Source: Perkinsus olseni | Lineage: Eukaryota | NCBI GenBank assembly: GCA_013115125.1 | Contig: JABANN010000283.1 | Location: 1-42,979, forward strand | Direction of reading: 5' to 3' | Length of the DNA: 42,979 bases | Shown: piece after piece, positions 34,514 to 42,979 of the stretch | How positions within the stretch are numbered: the first letter of the stretch is position 1 | Layout of the letters: each line of letters starts with the position of its first letter | Notes under the pieces: model-generated | What the model was told of the DNA's origin: nothing | Databases searched by the model: none | The model's input: the letters and a program-made list of their open reading frames with translations, nothing else | Translations under genes and position numbers: made by a program

Positions 34514-36205
34514 ATGGCCGCCCTTACTCTCTCCGATGAAGATTTCTTAACCCAAAGCCTATTCCACACAGGCCTGCGAGCTGACGGCAGGAGGTCTGCA
34601 GAATTTCGAAAATTGGACATCCGATTGGGCCCAGGTCTCGGCCAGGCCGAGTGCTCTATCGGCAAGACACGGACAAGGGCCGTTGTCACTGGTAGGTAGT
34701 ACCCTCTCAACCTTCTATGGACGCAACAGCACTCAGGGGCGCTGACGAAGCCACCGCCAAACCGTCCTAGAGAGGGCCGGCTGAGTGTTAACGTCGAGGC
34801 GGGCCCTATGGCTGCCCCGGCCACACTCCCCAGTGGTAACCCCACGGGACTGGTAGGGAGCAGCCAAACTCCTGAGGGAGTGTCCCTGTGTAATCAGCTT
34901 GAACGAATGCTGAAGGGTTTAAAGTGGGTCAAAGCAGCGTTTAATGAAGGGAGGTGATGCCGCCCTTCAGCGCGGTGGACGTGGAGGCCCTCTGCGTTCA
35001 GAGCGGCGCCCTGGTATGGGAACTGCGGCTAGACGTACATGTGCTGTGTGACTGTGTGAGTGAAGGACCATGAACTACAGGGTGAATCTCTCTAATCATC
35101 AGGGCAACGTCGGGGACTCGGCCGCCATAGCAAGCATTGTAGCACTGCGACACTACCGGCAGGCGGAAGTGTCGGTGGAAAACGGAGACATCATCTACAG
35201 CCCTCATGTACGTCCGCTGGGAGCCGTGATAACCTTCTATGGCCGTCCTTGCACCAGTTAGATCCGGTGCCTCTGTCGGTGCATCACATGCCGATCCCCG
35301 TCACCTTCGCTGCGATACCATCAGGCCTCGGTGAGGACCCGATGCTCCTAGCCGACCCCAGCAACCTAGAGGAGCAATTTCAAGGAGATGGCGGCCAACT
35401 AGTGGTAGTAGGAGTTGCTTTCCTTGTTCCGACTGCTCAACTCGATGAGCCTAGTCGTTATAGGTGGTGATGAACCAGTACGGGGAGCTGTGCAGCGTGC
35501 TCAAGTCTGGAGGGGCGTCACTACTGCTCGACCGCGACCTCATGCCAGCCGTTCGTCTGACAACTGCCCGAGTGAAGGCAGTCATTGCCCTTGTCGACGA
35601 CAAGGTGGGGTTTTCTACCGCCAATAAACACGCCATCTCTGCCACTTCAGTTGGCCGAGGACGAGCATACTCGCTTTGACGTACACAAGGCCGACATTCA
35701 TCACAAGTACGCTGCTTCTGGGCTATCGATAGAGAACGGCGACGCCATCCTCCCGCTCCAGAGGGACCAACGTAAACGGAGGCTGGCTCATTTGGAAGTA
35801 AGGGCATTGTGTATTGCGACTGGAAATTGTGTCGCTCGAAAGGTACCGCAACCCATGCAGTTGGATAAGTCCGCAGATGAACAGCCAAGCAACCCCCGCA
35901 AGAGTGATTCCGGCGGAGCAGAGGTGCTCCCCGACCAACTGTCGCTGGTAGTCGCACGTCGACGTTCATCCGATCAGGATCCCCTACCGGAGCCGACCGA
36001 GCCGGGAGCTGTTTCCCCCGCTGAGACCATGTATAGTGTCAAGCATGTGGACAACGAAGGCCCTGCAGCTGCTAGAGCATCGCCGCCAGCGCCTACCGTC
36101 TCGGAGCCGGCGACGGTGGACAACTTGGATGACGATGACCTGGACGACCTGTCCGCTGCTGTACTAGTGAAGCCCAAGAAGAAGAAGCGTCGACCTCGAA
36201 AGTGA
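34514..36205 (+). CDS. RRP45: Exosome complex component RRP45/EXOSC9 (RNase PH-like), multi-exon
   Basis: GLRADGRRSAEFRKLDI, IGKTR, PPPNRPREGRL, AVDVEALCVQSGALVWELRLDVHVL, GNVGDSAAIASIVALRHYR, PVPLSVHHMPIPVTF, LADPSNLEE, MNQYGELC..KSGG. The tail is acidic and then basic (KPKKKKRRPRK, NLS-like). Confidence 0.9.
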
Positions 36206-36832
36206 TGCCAACCACCGGACTAAGAACCCCTCCAAGGACAAGATGAGCAGCAAGGAGTGTTCAGGAATCTACGAGTCGGCGCCGAGGGTAGCGAATTAAT
36301 TTCTATAGCAGCGCTCCACAGATTTGTGTTGAAAGATGTGGTACCCCGCAGATCCGGCCAAGCTCCTAATCACGTGGACGGGGACTTAGCTCCCGATAGC
36401 AATGAGGTCGCTAGCCTTGTTCTCGGCTCGAACAGGCGTATGGTCGGGACTAGCTGGGAAGATGATCTGATTTCTGTCCGGCGGCCACCCGAGTACTCGA
36501 CAGGGACGCCAATCACTTAAGTGTTGAGCTTACGGTAGGACAACAGCTCAACATAAGCTATACCTATGTTATACAGTATAGAACGAGGACCATAGTGTTA
36601 ACCACGGCTCGTCGCCATGAATCGAGATGATATTGCCATGATGGCTCGATCGCCATCGATCCTTAACAAATTGAGCAGTTCACGGCACGGTTTGTCAATA
36701 AACTAATCTGTCCGAGCACACCCTTCAAAATACTTCCGCCAACCTGAGTAACGCAAAACTCACACGGACAAAAAAATGATAACGATGTACAGAACTTGTA
36801 AAAAATCCCGACTACAAACGATGGCTCTGCCT

Positions 36833-38301
36833 TCAGGCCGACTCCTTGGCCGCATCGAGCCGCTTCTTCTCCTTCCACGCATTCTTGAGGTTAACCTGAC
36901 ACACGCCGGTGCCAGCTCGAAATGGTGGCAGTGAGAGCATTCAGCAGGAAAATCATCAACGCCATCGGAGAAGTCGTGATTGACTCCTCCAGTTGCGTCC
37001 TTCGGGATGACACTGTTTAGCAAAGCTCGCTCTAACTCTACTTCGGACTCAATCAGTAGCTCACGCTGCGAATGGCACTAGCAAATACCGGGACTCCCAC
37101 TGAAGACGAGGCTCTTCTAACGTAGTAGCAGTAATAAGTGTATAAGGAAATAACCCGTGACGCTTCAGTGCGTATCACCGGGGCTTCAGAAATAGCGGAT
37201 ATTCTGTTAGTATGGCAGTCGTAATTCTTACGTAATTGGCGGCATTATACTTGATCATCTCCTTCTCGCTATCGCTCAGGTCTCTCAACCTCCTCGCCGG
37301 ATTGCCTATCCACAGTCCAGGAGTTGCTACTTTCCCAGGCGGTAATACACAACCTGCGCCCATAATGGTGCCCTCTTGCACCTGACCGCGCCAACGTTAA
37401 AAGCAGTTGAGAGCGATGTACACAGGGATACAACAAGAAGAAACACCTAGCAGCCGCCGGAGACTCAGTGCATGCCGCAGCTCCTCCAATACTATCGTGG
37501 CTGAGCATTCGGTTTTGTCGTAATGGTGACTATCACGCTCGTGAGTTCCATAGAAGTGCCGACCACGATGAATATGAAGCCCCTTCCTCACCACAGCCCC
37601 ATCCAGGATGATCGAGCCTATGCCTATCAGAGTGCCCGGCTCTATGCGACAAGCGTGGAGCGTGACAGCATGACCTAACGGTAGAGTAGGCGGGAGTCGG
37701 AGAGATGCCGTAGCTCTACCAATGCTGACATCCTCGCCAATTATGAGCTGCATTCCTTCTTGCCGGCCGTAAAACTCCCCTCGAACATGCAGTACACAGC
37801 CGTCCTGAAGCAAGGCAGAAAGTCGCAAGCGTAAGCTACCAGTGATGAAGATCGAAGACAATTAGGATGATTCACTCGCAACAAACAGGCAGGAGCTTCG
37901 TCGAAGCTCTATCAATCGGTCAGACCACTTCCCAGCAAAAGATACAGCACGAAATGCTATTGAGATCGGCGTGATTTGATAACACAAGTTCGGGCGACTA
38001 CCACTATCACCTGAATATTGCTGCGGTCACCGATGACTATGGTATCAACATCAGCTCGTATTACTGCCATCGGCCAGATCGATACGTCCTGTCCGACTCG
38101 AACCTGCTGCCAGCAGGCTGCTGGATCGCATTAAGTTTAAAGAAGCGCACGAGCACCTACGTCGCCCTCAACTACTGCTGCCGGATGAATGAATGCCGAG
38201 TCGGGCACTACCGGACGTTTAAAGACGTGCGGGAAGGCGGAAAACTGGGGGCTCACAATGGAGCTGAAGCGTCTAAGGGCCTTAGAGGACAATGCCAACA
38301 T
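36833..38301 (-). CDS. Gamma carbonic anhydrase-like hexapeptide-repeat protein with mitochondrial-type presequence, multi-exon
   Basis: MLALSSKALRRFSS presequence; SAFIHPAAVVEGDV, WPMAVIRADVDTIVIGDRSNIQ|DGCVLHV, IG|HAVTLHAC, LIGIGSIILDGA, LWIGNPARRLRDL. The last exon VNLKNAWKEKKRLDAAKESA* is approximate. Confidence 0.85.
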
Positions 38302-38503
38302 CAAAGGCTGCGGAGAGGGTGAAACTGCGATAGCAACATCGTCGTGGTAAACGGGGAGAAAATAATTCCAAATTTTTCCCGGAAAATCTCTGCTGGGAGA
38401 ATCACAGTAATGGTGAGCGTAGTCTCGAGTCGCCATTCAATTGAAGAAGACAACAGGCGTGATCCAAAGGAAATGTGAATATGAATAGGACAGGCAGGGG
38501 CTC

Positions 38504-39718
38504 CTAGATGAGGAGGATTATCCACGCGATTGTTGCATAAAATAGCCACACAGGGAATCTGAGGAAGCCACATATGCGCACAGCGAAGGATTCAGCGGAG
38601 GTATCTTACACTCCCAGAGCACGACGATCTGCGGGAACCAGCTCAGACATGAACCCTACGGAGGCGCCAGTGGACCAAACAAAGCCAGCTAGTACCACTA
38701 GCAACTGAAAGGGGGCAAAAATGGAAGTCATTCCGGAAACAGCGGCGCACCTTTACTATCCGATAGTTCTTTACAAAGAAGCAGACGATTGCTGATATGA
38801 CGAGAGGGAACACGCAGTAGCCCAAGACGCACACGGACTGGAAGAAGGATATCTAACAAGGCAGCAGCGGGGTGGCCGGGTTGAGGTCCCCTACTAGAGG
38901 AGCCATTGTCGTCCCCAGAGCGACGAGGCTACAGTGGAGATAGGCCCTTAATACAGTAGCTTAGTACCTTTCCCTTTATTAAAACGCCGTTGACGGTGAC
39001 TACTGCTGAGCCTAACCATACTATGACGAATATCATAGAGAAAACATAGCCCTTCTGAGTGTCCGGCGCCTGCAATGCCAGTATCTGCAACGATCGTGCT
39101 GCCAGGAGTAGAACTCGAACGGGGAGCATTCGCACCACCGAGAGCGCCATGCACAGTATCAGAGGGCCCCACAGGTCCCAGTTGCGAAGGCCAGCACCGC
39201 CCTCTACACGGGCCCGCGGTAACATAACGTATCTGCGAACAGGCGTTAATTCGATAATCTACACTCTCACTATGGCTTGAGCGGGTAGTTCGCGCATTGC
39301 TACCCAGGAACGCTACATAGTTGTCCCTAATGGGTGGCACTTGCAATGGTGTCAACGTCACTTGAGAGAGTAACGGCGCAGATCCTTAAGTTCGTAATTC
39401 ACGCAAACTTCTGACCCCGCCACAAGATGAATAAGAGTCAGAAACGGACCTTAAATGGCCAGGCTCAGCCAGCAGTGAGCTGAGCCTCCTACAACCACTA
39501 CTACTAGGAAACCGTGTAGAGGATGTTTACTTCAGTTTCTGCGCAACAGCCGTGACGTCCCGCATTATAGTAACTCTGATGGGCTCATCCAGCGTTGAGT
39601 CTGAACCAGTGGCACTGGGTCATCCATCAGCAGTACCGTTGATCAGAATCATACCCGGAGTATCTGCTGTCCGCTCCATCATGCCTGTGGGGGACCCTCC
39701 TTCGAGATCTCTACTCAT
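38504..39718 (-). CDS. Yip1-domain Golgi membrane protein (YIPF6/Yip4-like), multi-exon
   Basis: STLDEPIRVTIMRDV, LRNWDLWGPLILC, ISFFQSVCVLGYCVFPL, VWSTGASVGF, RRALGV|FPVWLFY..IAWIILLI*. Confidence 0.9.
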
Positions 39719-39861
39719 TGAGGTGGTATCAACGAACTGACTGATCGACGTGGTTCACAACACGCTCGGAGAGCCCAGCCTTCCACCTTCCAAAACTGTA
39801 ACGAAACTACAGTAGCAAAGTTTGAAAAACAATACAATCGCTCGACATACATTGATCGCTT

Positions 39862-42585
39862 TCACTGTGTCGGGAATCCTGGGAGGTAGGTATGGGCTCT
39901 GGCACCCGTCGTTAGACTCGCCCCGGTAGTAGTAGCAGCAGCTGCGGCTGTACTAGAGGCTGCTGAGGGCGAGCTGACTCCTCCGTGGTGCATAGGAGTG
40001 GCGAAGGGATCTGATAGGGACAACGATAACACGAGAACGTCAAGAGCTGAAGAAAGATCTCCCCAGTATAACCCACAGGATCCGGCGACCACGGTTATGT
40101 ATTCCACCAACTATAGCCAAGAGTCGATGCTCAGAGCAAAAACTGCCAGACCGATGATGAGCAAGTACGCTCGAAATTTTTTTCAATCCAAAATTCCTTC
40201 GACGCTGTGGTCTACTTATGGAGGTTCCCAAAACTGCGATCAGCCCAGAATACTTTACTACTACTAATCCACGTGGAAAAAGCACTTTCCTGGTCAGTTC
40301 TATTACCAGTAGTTCCTAGTATCTGCTTAGGTTTGGCGCGCTTATGCATATGAGATGGCAGTGCCCTCCTAGGCCTCGTTGGGTGCCCGAAAGCTGCATG
40401 ACCACCACCTTTGCCTGGACGAGGCGATGCAACAGCAGGGGCGCCAGTAGACCGGACTGCGGGCGGAGGTGCAGCAACTGAGTGAACCAGCAGCCTAATT
40501 CAATACAAAGCCTACCTGGCGGCGCTCGAGCTGAACTTATTTCACTGCGCCATGAAATTCCCTTCCTACTAGACTTGCAAGCGCTCACTCCCCTCACCTG
40601 TTGCGGCGGGCTTGACGGCCTGTTGCGCCTCTACAGGGGATGCCTGAGGACTGCTCACAGCGGAGTGGATCTCAGATGACCCAGCCGTCCTGTTGTAGCT
40701 GTATGCACTATGAACTTGGGAGGGTGCCACGGAGGGCGCAGGAACCGGGGATGGTGCCACGGAGGGCGCAGGAACCGGGGACGCTGCCGGCTCCTCAGTT
40801 TTTCCAGCAACGCGGGGATTGGCCGCATTGTAGGCGATCCTCTGACCTTGAGAATCGCTAGCTTCGTTAGAGCTGGCCATGCCCGAGTCGGTACTGTAAC
40901 CTAGCGGCACGCGTGGTGCCTCTTCAGGAGCAGCAGGCGCAGGTGGAGAGTTTTGTGGCGCGGTGACACTGTTGAAGGGATTGGTTCGCGGTTCTTCCTT
41001 GGTCGGAGCGAACGGAGCCAAGTCGCTCATAACCGCCGTGGAGCCCACCGTGGCCGCAGCAGAGCTTCCCGCGCGCCCTCGGACGTCCGTAGTGATCTCC
41101 GAAGAGCTCACGTCTGCTACGCCACCATCGTTCTCTGAGCTGCTCACATCAGCTGCTGCGGCTGGTGTCGGCACTTCAGGGAGCTTGATAAAGGGGGAAG
41201 AGCCTGAGAGGGAGTCATTCCAACTGACAACTTTCCGTGCTGGATGGCGTGACCCATTATAGCCAGAGCGGGCTTCACTGTCATGAATAAACTGGTAGCA
41301 AGACTAGAAATAAATCCTTCCACCAATCGGAGAGAACTGAACTATTACAGATTAGCACAAGATTTTTGGTTGCTTCCCAATACAGCGCTGTGACCCTACT
41401 ACCACCAACACTCTTCCTAGTAGAGTTAGCAATATCCCCTTCGATGGGAGTATCGTCTAATGGTGGCAGAGTGGCTCTGGTCTCCTCGTCCAGTTGAGGT
41501 AGCTTCTTAACAGCTAAATGCTCGATCATCTGAGGCAGCAGGCCACTGTGGTGGTACAGCACGACACAGATACACAAGATTCGCTATGAATATTTTCCGC
41601 GTTAGACACATGCGCAGCGGAATAGGTTTCTTAAGTGATCTTCGCTAACCAGCAATGCTCGAGTCGAGGCCGGGAAAATGAGACATTCACAATGGAAGGC
41701 GTATAAAATCCCGTCATCTTTCTCTAGGCGACTCCAATCGAATCCTTGGCAGCGAAAAAGAACGGCAAGCCGAGTATGACCTGCTGGCTGGACGTGAGGA
41801 GCTCGTAATCAGCCTCATCACGCTCCGCCTTCAGCTGTGATACACCGGAATCCAGCGAGTTGAATTGATTCTGAGGGAGGATTGCTGCCGTGCAAGGCAG
41901 CGCACAAGCGTTGGCAGTACCTGGGTCTCAGATATAAGACTTTGAAGTACACTATTCTGGTGACTCGCCATTTGGACGAGATAATTTACCTGATGCATGC
42001 AGCGAGTCAAGATACGCAGCAGGAAAAAGCTTCTTCCAAGTCCACGAGAGGACTCGAAGGGGATCGTCCCCAAAGACCACAACCATAACTAAGTTGATAT
42101 AGGTAGAATAGACATTATAACGTCTATTCATCTAGGGTGACCACAACAGTGATTATTCACCTGCGTACTCGCGCTAGAGATGTCAGAAAATTACGGTGTC
42201 CCTCCGTCACTACCTGCTCCATAATACTCTTTACTTTCTCTGTGTCGAATGATCCAGCAGTCTGTTGCCCTTGCGCAGTCGGTTCTTCTAACTGCTGCGC
42301 TTTCCTAGACTGGACATATCTCAGCAAGCAATCCCCTTCCCGTGCCTTCGCCGGACTTCTCCAAAAAAGCTTCTTAGTGATGACGAAGGTGACCAGCAAC
42401 ACCAAGACGGTTATTATCTCGGGCACTGGAGAGGGGTATCCTGCAGTCTGTAGGAGCCTCTGGTGTGACGGCGCGACATAATCGTTCCAAGCCTTCCCCG
42501 CTAGGGCCTTAGACGTCTCTATGTGAGCGCTGAGATCAGCCATCGAGACGTTCAGTAAAGGCGATGTCGCTTCACTGCCATTCAT
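39862..42585 (-). CDS. Hypothetical multi-exon protein with one N-terminal TM helix and a low-complexity Pro/Ser/Ala C-terminal half
   Basis: Exon-like ORFs at 42157-42594 (IITVLVLLVTFVIT), about 41930-42000, about 41400-41530, 40569-41174 and about 39862-40000 are separated by GT-AG-bounded segments. The exact joins are unresolved. Confidence 0.55.
40723..40781. repeat. 30-bp tandem duplication (SPVPAPSVAP x2)
   Basis: ggtgccacggagggcgcaggaaccgggga occurs at 40723 and 40753. Confidence 0.95.
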
Positions 42586-42764
42586 AACGAACAAAACTAC
42601 TTCACGTCAGACGCTGTGTTCAGCAAAGTAATTCGGAAACTCAGAATCGATTCTGGGATTGATTTTTACTCCTAAAATGCGGCTCCGGAACCAGTTTATC
42701 GAGCAGCCCCTAAGTTGTAGTGCTGGCATTGCTGAGGGCATGGCGCTCAGTGGATTGGCAAACG

Positions 42765-42979
42765 TTAATGATCCTCAACGCCAATGTCCGACCATCTGTT
42801 ACGAACCGAATCAAGTTGGAAGGGTAGGAGAGCATCATCGCTCCACTCGATGCCAAATGAAGATTGTGTCACGTATGGACATGTCAAGAAAAAGCCCAAA
42901 GTTGTATAAGTCACTCTGGACACTTTGACGTGTCCAGAAGACACCGGAGGGAAATCCATTGACACGCATGTCCAGGCGC
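42765..42979 (-). CDS. Possible 3' end of a gene entering from the right edge
   Basis: Open frame from the window edge to TAA at 42765; no recognisable motif. Confidence 0.25.
   Translation of the reverse strand, partial: AWTCVSMDFPPVSSGHVKVSRVTYTTLGFFLTCPYVTQSSFGIEWSDDALLPFQLDSVRNRWSDIGVEDH

Noticed and set aside
36634-36650. gccatgatggctcga as a spliced-leader relic
   Set aside because: It is only a partial, mismatched resemblance, is not at a gene 5' end, and is expected by chance.
37893-37909. Palindrome gagcttcg-t-cgaagctc in the ~205-nt gamma-CA intron
   Set aside because: A single short inverted repeat with no other supporting structure or box motifs.

Overview
This window is gene-dense eukaryotic DNA with short (mostly about 50-65 nt) GT-AG introns, and almost every gene is on the minus strand. 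The style most resembles a perkinsid-type alveolate, which is an inference. From left to right it contains: (1) an intronless secreted-type ORF running off the left edge, missed by the ORF track; (2) decayed Ty3/gypsy-like relics (about 1.4-6.6 kb); (3) a tandem array of five paralogous 4-exon genes plus a split 3' remnant, encoding an uncharacterised ~11-TM membrane protein (7.5-23.6 kb), with two copies carrying lesions; (4) two copies of a bacterial/viral-style fusion gene with no coding introns, joining an NAD-dependent sugar epimerase/dehydratase to a SAM-dependent NDP-sugar C-methyltransferase, where only one copy ends in the peroxisomal signal SKL; (5) housekeeping genes: an F-BAR protein, exosome RRP45, a gamma-carbonic-anhydrase-like protein, a Yip1/YIPF6-like protein and a hypothetical gene. 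The most interesting candidate system is the duplicated branched-sugar fusion enzyme, with possible cytosol/peroxisome partitioning, lying next to the expanding membrane-protein array. No tRNA, rRNA or CRISPR array was recognised. Exon boundaries were read by eye.
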